From: a virus
Taxonomy: Duplodnaviria > Caudoviricetes
Direction: 5' to 3' (one strand)
Virus record (IMG/VR): IMGVR_UViG_3300038393_000621
Span: 1-26,416 of that record
Length of the DNA: 26,416 bases
In this document: positions 1-7,160 of the stretch, one piece after another
Layout of the letters: the number at the start of each line of letters is the position of its first letter
How positions within the stretch are numbered: the first letter of the stretch is position 1
The notes under the pieces: model-generated
Databases searched by the model: none
What the model was told of the DNA's origin: nothing
What the model saw: the letters and a program-made list of their open reading frames with translations, nothing else
Made by a program: the position numbers and the translations under genes

Positions 1-152
1 GCAAGCTCTTGGACAATCCGTTCTCTTGCCAGCCTACGAAAGTGCAGCCGGGTTGCTTCGTCCTGAGCCGCCCAAACGCCACTAGGGTCAGAGGCGCGGA
101 ATAGCTGGCGGGCGAGAGCGTCTATTTCTTCGGAAGCGCTTCCGTGATCCAT
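1..152 (-). CDS. Hypothetical phage protein, runs off the window edge (MDHGSASEEIDALARQLFRASDPSGVWAAQDEATRLHFRRLARERIVQEL...)
   Basis: Hand-translated; ATG at 152 and frame open to base 1. An upstream in-frame ATG also exists, so the start is uncertain. Confidence 0.45.
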   Translation of the reverse strand, partial: MDHGSASEEIDALARQLFRASDPSGVWAAQDEATRLHFRRLARERIVQEL

Positions 153-295
153 CGCAAGCTGCTCATAATTTGCAGGCCAAGCTCCAGTGTTTCGATATAG
201 GTCAGATCGCAGATCTTGAGGTTGTCCACGAGCAATTCCCATTGAGGGTTCTTACCATCGGTGGACACGCGCACGCGGACTCTCTCGCTGCTCAT
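122..295 (-). CDS. Hypothetical protein, 57 aa (MSSERVRVRVSTDGKNPQWELLVDNLKICDLTYIETLELGLQIMSSLRWITEALPKK)
   Basis: Hand-translated; ATGA overlap with the phosphoesterase stop at 292-295. Confidence 0.6.
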   Translation of the reverse strand: MSSERVRVRVSTDGKNPQWELLVDNLKICDLTYIETLELGLQIMSSLRWITEALPKK

Positions 296-1191
296 AAGGC
301 ACCTGTCCAGCGTCCACGCTCATCCAGAGCCATGGGGATAGGGATTGCGCGACCGTGCATGATGACGAGCGTCCCAAGGCGCTCATAGCCCTTCGAATAA
401 CCAAAGAAAGGATGGCGAGGATCGATAAGGCAACCAGTGAAGGCGCCCCAATAGAGCTTCTGCCCAACCTTGAGATCGGGCGTGGCTTGACCAAACCGCG
501 AATGGAAATGCCCGAGCACGATGCTCATATGCCTGCCCGTTTCGGCAGGGATTTCCTCTAGAATGACCCGTTTAAGATTCATGATGTCACGATGGCCGTG
601 ACGGAACAGGATATCACCCATTCGAATGGAGGAATGCCAGGACCAGCCAACAGGAGCGTCGATCAGATCTTCAATCGGCCTCAAGAAGCTAGATGGTATG
701 CGGCCTCGCGTCCTGGCCTTGTCGAACCGGCCATGGACATGGTTGGATGTGCAGGATACCGCGATGGGAAATTCCGCGAAAAGCGTCCTCAGAAACCCTT
801 GCGCTGCGGCGAATTCACTATGTGGCTGGTCCACTTCCGGGAGCTTTGCAAACTCGGAAAGCCAATTGAGGTCAAGTTCATCGCCAATGCAAACCGTGTT
901 GACCGGCTTGTATTTGTCCCGGATGGCGCAGAGGAAGGCTAAGGCGTCAGGATGCTGTGCTGGCGCCTGGATGTCAGGAATGACGAGTGTGGTAGCCTCA
1001 GGAATGGTTCGCGGCGTATGGTCGCCGCGAACCGGGTTGAACGTCGGAGAGTGGATTAGATTTGCCTTGACGAGACGCGCATGGACTGAGGTGTAGTTGA
1101 CCTTCAGTCGCCGCGCCGTCTCCCTGATGTTGCCGGTCTGGTCCCAATGAAGACGCAAATCTGCATCGGAGAATTTGGGCGTAGCGGGCAT
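292..1191 (-). CDS. Calcineurin-like metallophosphoesterase with N-terminal HTH-like segment
   Basis: Motifs in order: LVIPDIQ, IGDELD, SNH, RHGH, GHFH. N-terminal GNIRETARRLKVNYTSVHARL looks like an HTH. GAAGG precedes the ATG. Confidence 0.85.
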   Translation of the reverse strand: MPATPKFSDADLRLHWDQTGNIRETARRLKVNYTSVHARLVKANLIHSPTFNPVRGDHTPRTIPEATTLVIPDIQAPAQHPDALAFLCAIRDKYKPVNTVCIGDELDLNWLSEFAKLPEVDQPHSEFAAAQGFLRTLFAEFPIAVSCTSNHVHGRFDKARTRGRIPSSFLRPIEDLIDAPVGWSWHSSIRMGDILFRHGHRDIMNLKRVILEEIPAETGRHMSIVLGHFHSRFGQATPDLKVGQKLYWGAFTGCLIDPRHPFFGYSKGYERLGTLVIMHGRAIPIPMALDERGRWTGAL

Positions 1192-1237
1192 CCTTCTATC
1201 TCCCGGATTTGTTGCGGAGGATCGAGGGGGTTCGCGC

Positions 1238-1990
1238 TTACTTTGCCGCCTCCGGGATTACGACATCAGGGGCCGCCACCTTCAGATAAGCGTAGATGTC
1301 GGAGACAGGGGTATAAAGCCCATAGTACGGGAAGCCTCGCATGCCTGCCGTGGTGACACCAAGCAGTTCATAATCGCCTGCATCATTCTTGTGATAGAGC
1401 GCGCCGCCAGAGGAACCAGGCGCGATGTCTGGCGTGGCTTTGTAGTAGACGGTCCCAGCTTTCGCGAAGTCGCTCGTCTCCTTGGATGCGAACAGGCCTC
1501 TTGTCACGGTGAGGCCAAGACCCAACGGGTAACCGACAGTCCACACATCCTCGCCCATAAGCAAGGTAGGTTTCTCCGGTGCCAGCTTCGCCACATTGGG
1601 GAAAAAAGTCTGCTTGTCCTTCAACCTCCACAGGGACAAATCAGCCTTGTAGTAGACGCCATCGATGCGACCGACATAAGCGTCTTTCTTCACGACTTCG
1701 TTGTCTTGGTAGACAGGAAATTCAATGCGCTGGTCCGAATCCTTATCGATGGCGCAGTGGCCCGCCGAGAGGATGAGCGTGGTGACATCGCCGCTCACCT
1801 TGTCGCGGTTCGAGTAGATGACGGTGCCGCTGCAATTTCCATTGAGCTGCACCGTAACGCCAAGCACCTCCTTCTGGAGCTTTTCCAGTTCGGAGCGGTC
1901 GGCGGCGTGGGCGATGCCGATAGCGGAGAAGACGGCAGCACAAAGCAAGGCGGCCAGCCAAAGGGCCGGCTTCAGGATAGCACGGGTCAT
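1238..1990 (-). CDS. Exported trypsin-like (S1) serine protease, 250 aa
   Basis: CSGTVI, ILSAGHC (His), ADLSL (Asp), PGSSGG (Ser). Signal peptide MTRAILKPALWLAALLCAAVFSAIGIAHA-A. Start moved to ATG 1990. Confidence 0.88.
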   Translation of the reverse strand: MTRAILKPALWLAALLCAAVFSAIGIAHAADRSELEKLQKEVLGVTVQLNGNCSGTVIYSNRDKVSGDVTTLILSAGHCAIDKDSDQRIEFPVYQDNEVVKKDAYVGRIDGVYYKADLSLWRLKDKQTFFPNVAKLAPEKPTLLMGEDVWTVGYPLGLGLTVTRGLFASKETSDFAKAGTVYYKATPDIAPGSSGGALYHKNDAGDYELLGVTTAGMRGFPYYGLYTPVSDIYAYLKVAAPDVVIPEAAK

Positions 1991-1995
1991 GGGAT

Positions 1996-2082
1996 TTAGC
2001 CTTTGAGGGTGAGGAGGATAGTCACGATGAGGCAGAGGAAGGACGCAAGAACGAGAACGCCAAGAACAAAGCGCGGGGTCAT
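1996..2082 (-). CDS. 28-aa single-pass membrane peptide (MTPRFVLGVLVLASFLCLIVTILLTLKG)
   Basis: Hand-translated; ATGA overlap with the upstream stop, fills the gap before the protease, wholly hydrophobic. Confidence 0.55.
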   Translation of the reverse strand: MTPRFVLGVLVLASFLCLIVTILLTLKG

Positions 2083-2309
2083 GGCGAACCCCGTAGAGCG
2101 AGCCACATGAGGCCAAGAGCGCCGGCAATGAGAATTCCGACTACGGTCACTAAACTCTGTTGTTTTACGGTGGCGACAGATTCTCGCCAGGCGCGGAGAT
2201 GTTGGAGGTCGCGCTGGAACTCCAACGGGTCTTCCGTATCGACCCCAAGCCGTGTCAGAGTTTCGTTCACTGTCTCGGCAATGATGCGCCTGATTTCATG
2301 CTCGGTCAC
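2079..2309 (-). CDS. 76-aa membrane protein with C-terminal TM helix (possible holin/antiholin)
   Basis: GTG at 2309 overlaps the o-spanin stop (GTGA). Charged helical N-terminus followed by TM SLVTVVGILIAGALGLMWLAL. Confidence 0.7.
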   Translation of the reverse strand: MTEHEIRRIIAETVNETLTRLGVDTEDPLEFQRDLQHLRAWRESVATVKQQSLVTVVGILIAGALGLMWLALRGSP

Positions 2310-2620
2310 TGCGCATCCCCTTCCAGGCCAGCGACTACATTGTCGTAATGGTGAGCGCACCGCTGGACGCGGGCATTGGCGCGGTCTGTGGCGCGTCTCT
2401 CGCGCTTGAGGACGGAAAGAGCCTCGGCGCCTACAGGAACGGGCGCATGGGGCTCTTGCGCCCTACAATCGCCTGGCAGTGGCGGAAGATGAACGCCAGC
2501 CTGCACCCTACCCTTCTCCACCGACGATTGGTGAAGCGCCCGCTCAAGGCTTGAGCAGCCAGCGACGGTCATCATCACTGATAGAACAAGAGCGGCCTTT
2601 AGCAGCCTGTTCCTTTTCAT
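2306..2620 (-). CDS. Rz1: Outer-membrane lipoprotein spanin (o-spanin, Rz1-like), 104 aa
   Basis: MKRNRLLKAALVLSVMMTVAG-C lipobox, Pro-rich HLPPLPGDC, overlaps the 3' end of the i-spanin in another frame. Confidence 0.8.
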   Translation of the reverse strand: MKRNRLLKAALVLSVMMTVAGCSSLERALHQSSVEKGRVQAGVHLPPLPGDCRAQEPHAPVPVGAEALSVLKRERRATDRANARVQRCAHHYDNVVAGLEGDAQ

Positions 2621-2927
2621 GGTCAGCAATCTCCTGCTCAAGCTGCGCATCAGCGGCGCGATTCTTTTCCTGCTCGGCGGCAAGCAATTCAGCATATTGG
2701 GAAAGGGCTTTCCGGCCGGCCGCGAGCTGCCGTTCGGTTTCCGCCAATTTGGCTTTCGTGGTGTCCAGTTCGACTTGCTTGACGTAGCCGGCGAGTGCAG
2801 CGTGGCGGGTGCCTGCATCGTGCGTCGCCAGCCACAGACGGAAGCCCACGACAGCAGCGACGACGGCAAACGCACCCGTGACGATTCGGCCAAGCTTGGT
2901 GAAGAGCAGCCAATCGAGGACGATCAT
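2544..2927 (-). CDS. Rz: Inner-membrane spanin (i-spanin, Rz-like), 127 aa
   Basis: N-terminal TM, long coiled coil, C-terminal Cys; downstream of the endolysin; ATGA-coupled start at 2927. Confidence 0.78.
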   Translation of the reverse strand: MIVLDWLLFTKLGRIVTGAFAVVAAVVGFRLWLATHDAGTRHAALAGYVKQVELDTTKAKLAETERQLAAGRKALSQYAELLAAEQEKNRAADAQLEQEIADHEKEQAAKGRSCSISDDDRRWLLKP

Positions 2928-3031
2928 GCAAACACCAGACAGGCGAGAGAACCGACAATCAGCAGCCCAATGATTATCCACGGGCCGTAGTCATCGATGA
3001 TCGGGATGAGGAGTTGGTAGAGGCCGTTCAT
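2924..3031 (-). CDS. 35-aa membrane peptide (MNGLYQLLIPIIDDYGPWIIIGLLIVGSLACLVFA)
   Basis: ATGA overlaps at both ends (endolysin stop and i-spanin start); hydrophobic C-terminus. Confidence 0.6.
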   Translation of the reverse strand: MNGLYQLLIPIIDDYGPWIIIGLLIVGSLACLVFA

Positions 3032-3543
3032 GATGGAAGGCCCCGGAGGCAAAGGGCGCGTTCGCTCAAATGGCCTCGCATGCCGTTGATGCGCCGATTG
3101 GCTAGGCCTTGGATGTACTTGCCGTTGACGTAGACCCAGCGGGAGAACTGATTGCAGGCGCCTCGCAGGTTTCCTGCCCGGATCATTTTGATCAGTGTCG
3201 ATTTGCAGGCCGCCCCAGCCCCAACATTGAACGCCCAATCGTTCACCGCGATATAGACATCATCGGGAACCTTGGCTGGGTCAGCCATCTCGGGTGCGCA
3301 AGACAGCAATCCGGCCTCAATGCGAAGCTGATCCTTCACATGAAGGGCATCGCATTCCGCGTCGGTGTAGCGCTTGTTCTTAATGATATCGGGACCGGTG
3401 TGACCATCGCACACGGTAGCGACGCCCCCGACATCGAAGTACGGCACATAAACGCGCCCTTCCCATGGGGTCGTGTAGGCGAGCTGAGCAGCAAGCAAAG
3501 CTGCGCCAGCGCCGCCCGCGAGATAGCGGCTCTTCACTCTCAT
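3028..3543 (-). CDS. Endolysin, GH24 phage lysozyme, probably SAR type, 171 aa
   Basis: E-x8-D-x5-T triad in WEGRVYVPYFDVGGVATVCDGHT; FNVG, STL, GLANRR..E. Gly/Ala-rich weakly hydrophobic N-terminus. GAAGGA RBS before ATG 3543. Confidence 0.92.
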   Translation of the reverse strand: MRVKSRYLAGGAGAALLAAQLAYTTPWEGRVYVPYFDVGGVATVCDGHTGPDIIKNKRYTDAECDALHVKDQLRIEAGLLSCAPEMADPAKVPDDVYIAVNDWAFNVGAGAACKSTLIKMIRAGNLRGACNQFSRWVYVNGKYIQGLANRRINGMRGHLSERALCLRGLPS

Positions 3544-3554
3544 ATGCGTATCCT

Positions 3555-3752
3555 TCAGAGGTCTTTGTAAATCAGGTGCCCAACGCCAGAGGCGACGGCG
3601 AAGCCAAGGCCGAGCCCGGCATAGACAAGCGGCGGAATGGGGAGCGTTCCTTCGAACAACGGCCATACGCTCGCCAAAGCATCGAGGACCACGAATACGC
3701 CAGCAATCCAGGCGCAGTGAAAGCGGATGCGTCGGGCGATGGATCTGCGCAT
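3555..3752 (-). CDS. Putative holin (2 TM, 65 aa)
   Basis: Basic N-terminus, two hydrophobic segments, directly upstream of the endolysin. Confidence 0.65.
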   Translation of the reverse strand: MRRSIARRIRFHCAWIAGVFVVLDALASVWPLFEGTLPIPPLVYAGLGLGFAVASGVGHLIYKDL

Positions 3753-3765
3753 CAACTTGCTCGCT

Positions 3766-4281
3766 TCAGTCAGTCAGGAACGGGTTGACCATCACCTTGA
3801 GCATGTGACGCCCGGTGCCGTTGTCGTTGGTGGTCCAGCCAAGCCAGACCTTCGCGTAGCGGCCCAGAAATAGCGGCCAATGCCGTTCGAATGAGAAGTA
3901 CCGCTTGCCAGATTGCGTGGTCATCATGGCGGTTCTGCCCCATGCCCCGCCGCCCTTCGATGCTCCGAACTCCGGCGTCACCCAGGATATGCTCACGTCA
4001 TTGCCAAACCCGAGCACATAGGCATTGAAGCCGTAACCAGGATTTCTGCACAGCCACCACATTGCCGTGGTCCAGCGCTTCAGGAAAGTCGCTGGCATGG
4101 GCTCACCTGTCATGCGCGAGCCGTAGATATTGTCATCGTGGGTATGCACCCAGGAGAGCGGCCCAGGCAGGCGCTCCAGCTTGAATGCGGCCGCCAGGAA
4201 AGCCCACAGCCAGCACGTCAGGATGGCGAAGAGATTGAACGCCAGGCCAAGCGGGGCCGATGCTGCATATAGCGCATACAT
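3766..4281 (-). CDS. Hypothetical Trp-rich membrane-associated phage protein, 171 aa
   Basis: GAGGAG RBS; hydrophobic N-terminus; THDDNIYG and WLCRNPGYGF motifs. Confidence 0.75.
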   Translation of the reverse strand: MYALYAASAPLGLAFNLFAILTCWLWAFLAAAFKLERLPGPLSWVHTHDDNIYGSRMTGEPMPATFLKRWTTAMWWLCRNPGYGFNAYVLGFGNDVSISWVTPEFGASKGGGAWGRTAMMTTQSGKRYFSFERHWPLFLGRYAKVWLGWTTNDNGTGRHMLKVMVNPFLTD

Positions 4282-4303
4282 CGCTCACTCCTCGAATAGT
4301 GGA

Positions 4304-5011
4304 CTAGGCCAGACCTAATTCCGACCGCTGGTCATCATTCAGATGAAATGGCTGCTCTATCTTGGCAGCCTCGCGCCACCAGCCGGGAACGTCCCGCGTC
4401 CTGAATACGCGCCTATCCGGCCTAGGCATGCTGTCCTTTGAACTGCGGCTTTCCTGCTTATGGATTATCGCCGCTCTCGTCGTCATCCGCTGGTAGAGGC
4501 GCTTGAGGGGATGACTGCTAAGGATAGTGATAATGCCGTCGTCCATCCATTCGACGGTAGGCGGCGCCGATGTTAGAGCGCAATCCCACCATGCGTACCC
4601 GAGTAGCACCTGGTCAAATACGAACGGATATTCCACGCTATAGGCGCACCACTTATCGAGGAGCGTTGTTGCCCCGTCTCCATCGCCAAAATAGATGTGC
4701 CCTCCAGCGAATGACCAGCCACCGCGCTTGGTGGTGGATAAGTCCGCATCGCTACCGATCAGTGCAATCACAGGCCTGCGGACAACAGCATCGGCATCGA
4801 CCCACAGAACCGGCCTCCCCTCTTCTGCGCGGATTTGTCTGATGAAAAGTGCCTTCTGCGCGCAGTTCTCAATCCAGCTTCCTCTCGATGGGCGCGGCTC
4901 TATTCGCGATTCAAGTCCCAGCCTTTTAACAGACGCTTCTAATATGCGTGCGTGCCGTTCATATGCAGCGTCGGGCGTGAAGTACGAAACTATTAGCGGG
5001 TGTCCTCTCAT
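4304..5011 (-). CDS. GT-A fold glycosyltransferase (GT34/GT77-like nucleotide-diphospho-sugar transferase)
   Basis: SW..NCAQKALFI, VLWVDADA (DxD after a hydrophobic strand), DQVLL, IIHKQ.SR. Confidence 0.8.
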   Translation of the reverse strand: MRGHPLIVSYFTPDAAYERHARILEASVKRLGLESRIEPRPSRGSWIENCAQKALFIRQIRAEEGRPVLWVDADAVVRRPVIALIGSDADLSTTKRGGWSFAGGHIYFGDGDGATTLLDKWCAYSVEYPFVFDQVLLGYAWWDCALTSAPPTVEWMDDGIITILSSHPLKRLYQRMTTRAAIIHKQESRSSKDSMPRPDRRVFRTRDVPGWWREAAKIEQPFHLNDDQRSELGLA

Positions 5012-5017
5012 CAAATC

Positions 5018-5046
5018 TTCTTACGAAGACTCCTCCGCGATATCAA
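5018..5046 (-). promoter_or_regulatory. Candidate sigma70-type promoter for a leaderless glycosyltransferase mRNA
   Basis: Minus strand TTGATA-N17-TAAGAA, then 6 nt, then ATG at 5011. Confidence 0.4.
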
Positions 5047-5055
5047 CGATCCTGT

Positions 5056-5706
5056 TTAGGGCGAGACTGCCATTGTGAAAGCGACCCACGCCTGAGACGC
5101 TGCGATTGTGAAAGCCCCAGGATCATCGGTTGTGTTCGTAAGTTGCCGCTCCGCGCTTTCGATGACCGACACATTGGCACCAGTGGACGCAATTGTTTGC
5201 TGGCCCTGCGTGTAGGTTGCTGGATATCCTGTGGCCGTCGATACCCTTTGGGCGGCGCCGGCAAGCCACAGATAATCCTTGGATCCTGCTGCTGGGGTGA
5301 CGCTCGGAGCGTCGGGACCGGTGCTTGTTCCTGTCGCGGTCGCAACGGTATAGACCCCGGCGGACGTAGCGTTGATGCGCCACGCCATCCAGACCGTTTC
5401 ATTGTTGCCGTGCGAGATGGTGACGCCTGTTTCGCCACCGGCCGCGACCTTGGTGTAGACACCCAGGATGACGGTATTCGTGATTGGAACGAATGCGGCG
5501 GTCCAGCCGGCCGGCGTGCTTGGGCCGGCGCCATTGTTTTCCATGGCAATGGCGACGACAAGGAGTTCCCCGGCAACGGCAGCGGAGAATGATGGGGACG
5601 TGGATGTGCCGCGCGTCGTGGCTCCGGCGCTTGCCCGCTGCACCACTTGTGGAAACGCTGCCGCAGACGATGGCGCCAGCATGACTTGCTGCATGACTGA
5701 TGGCAT
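5056..5706 (-). CDS. Second tail fibre / receptor-binding protein, 216 aa
   Basis: TGATG-coupled to the fibre gene; Ala/Thr/Ser/Gly-rich, beta-strand-like; GELLVVAIA, TPAGWT, PDAPSVT motifs. Confidence 0.6.
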   Translation of the reverse strand: MPSVMQQVMLAPSSAAAFPQVVQRASAGATTRGTSTSPSFSAAVAGELLVVAIAMENNGAGPSTPAGWTAAFVPITNTVILGVYTKVAAGGETGVTISHGNNETVWMAWRINATSAGVYTVATATGTSTGPDAPSVTPAAGSKDYLWLAGAAQRVSTATGYPATYTQGQQTIASTGANVSVIESAERQLTNTTDDPGAFTIAASQAWVAFTMAVSP

Positions 5707-6725
5707 CAGGTAAGCCCCGTGCCGGAAATGATCCACTCGGTAGAGGTTATCTTGAGGGCGGTGGCGATACCGTTGGCCGCCAGTGTCCTGCTGCCCGTCG
5801 TGCCGGCGCCAGCAAGCCGCATTGTATCTGTGGTGATTGAAATCGTGATGGTGCCCGCGCTCGCTTGGTTGACGAAGGTGACAGCAGTCCCGATCGGGAA
5901 CGCCACCGAGGAATTGGCAGGAATGGTAAATACCCGCGCCGTAGTGTCGGCCGATGGGTGGAGGATGTGCTTGCCGCCATCGGTCAGGACCAGCGTATAT
6001 GCCGCGCTTTGGCTGTTCTGCCTGATTAACGACGAGAGCTGCGCATCATAGGCCAGAACGTCGGTGCCGATGGCAAGGCCAAGGTTGGTCCTGGCATTTG
6101 CGGCAGAGGTAGCATTGGTGCCACCATTAGCAACAGGAAGCTGTCCCGTTACGCCTGTGGACAGCGGCAACCCGGTGAGATTGGTAGCGGTGCCGGATGC
6201 TGGTGTTCCCAGCGCACCGCCAGTGAAGTAGGCCGACCCGGTTCCTACTTCGTCGGTCAGCAGCGCGCGCAGATTGGCGGAAGTCGGGCTGGCCACCCAG
6301 GCATCGAAATTGGCCGCCCGAGTGACCGCTGCCCACGATGCCAAATCAGCGTCATATGGCTGGATGTTCTGCCCGAATGCCAGCGATGTCGTACCGATCA
6401 CAATGGGATTGGCCGTCGTCACCCACCACAGCGGGCCATTGGTCGAGCCGCCCGTGACGAAAACAGCGGTCCCCTGCTTCACGTCGCGGTTAGAACTGAA
6501 ATCCTTGGCTCGCCTCCATACGCCCGTGCTGACGATGTAAATGCCATTGTCGGCGGCATTGGTCTGGGCCTTTACCAGCACGCGATCATCCGTGACGCAG
6601 GAAACGCCGTCGATGGTCTGTTCACCGGAGAGCGTTATGTTGGCCGTGGTTGCGGCTTTGCAGGGGCCTTTGATCGCGGTCGAGCTAGAAAGCCCGTCAG
6701 TGCGGTCGGTCTGGATTGAGGTCAC
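5706..6725 (-). CDS. Tail fibre protein, 339 aa
   Basis: N-terminal AATTANITLSGEQTIDG..DRVLVKAQT..NGIY module, LPVANGGT..AANARTNLGL shaft motif, C-terminal YTLVLTD..FPIGT..EWIISG domain; AGGAG RBS and GTG start. Confidence 0.8.
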   Translation of the reverse strand: MTSIQTDRTDGLSSSTAIKGPCKAATTANITLSGEQTIDGVSCVTDDRVLVKAQTNAADNGIYIVSTGVWRRAKDFSSNRDVKQGTAVFVTGGSTNGPLWWVTTANPIVIGTTSLAFGQNIQPYDADLASWAAVTRAANFDAWVASPTSANLRALLTDEVGTGSAYFTGGALGTPASGTATNLTGLPLSTGVTGQLPVANGGTNATSAANARTNLGLAIGTDVLAYDAQLSSLIRQNSQSAAYTLVLTDGGKHILHPSADTTARVFTIPANSSVAFPIGTAVTFVNQASAGTITISITTDTMRLAGAGTTGSRTLAANGIATALKITSTEWIISGTGLT

Positions 6726-6798
6726 CGGGCATCTCCTAGAAAGCCGTCCGAGAGGAACAGCTTGAAAAATCCTGGGTTTTGGAGTTCAGTGCGCGTCC

Positions 6799-6984
6799 AT
6801 GCACAAACAGACGTTTGAATTCATCATTGCCACGCTGATCGGCGCGGTTGTCTTTGTCATCATCGGTTACTTTGCTCAGGCGGACGGGCTGAGCTTTTCG
6901 TACTGGCTCTCGCGCCCGCAGCCTGGGCCGTGGGCTTTGGTCGGCGCTTTCGTCGGCTTTGGCCTCAGGTTCATCCGCCGTTGA
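6799..6984 (+). CDS. Small 2-TM membrane protein (antisense moron gene 1)
   Basis: 61 aa with two hydrophobic helices; lies in a gap between minus-strand structural genes. Confidence 0.7.
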   Translation: MHKQTFEFIIATLIGAVVFVIIGYFAQADGLSFSYWLSRPQPGPWALVGAFVGFGLRFIRR

Positions 6985-7160
6985 GCCAGCCTGCCGCCAT
7001 CGTGATATTCGCCGGTTGGACGCTTGCCTTCGTCTTCGGCGTCTACGTGTGGTCAACCGGCAAGATTAAGGGCTTCGGCTATTTCCTTGCTGTATGGCTT
7101 GGCCCGTTCGTGATCGCTGGCGCCTTAGCCGCGCTGGTTTCCCTCGATCATTCCTATTGA
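6981..7160 (+). CDS. Small 2-TM membrane protein (antisense moron gene 2), 59 aa
   Basis: TTG start overlapping the gene 1 stop (TTGA); two hydrophobic helices; ends tail-to-tail with the ejection protein. Confidence 0.6.
   Translation: MSQPAAIVIFAGWTLAFVFGVYVWSTGKIKGFGYFLAVWLGPFVIAGALAALVSLDHSY

Noticed and set aside
1175-1999. 274-aa plus-strand ORF, and similar ones at 7544-8410, 12108-13106 and 14655-15512
   Set aside because: Antisense shadows of well-supported minus-strand genes, with no RBS or motifs that I can see.
2306-2893. 195-aa version of the o-spanin, plus long N-terminal extensions given for the protease, endolysin, Ntn protein and Bbp19-like ORFs
   Set aside because: Downstream starts fit signal peptides, RBSs and stop-start overlaps; the extensions overlap other genes.
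5056-6725. Diversity-generating retroelement, suspected because of the BPP-1-like architecture
   Set aside because: No reverse transcriptase and no TR/VR repeat pair visible in the window.
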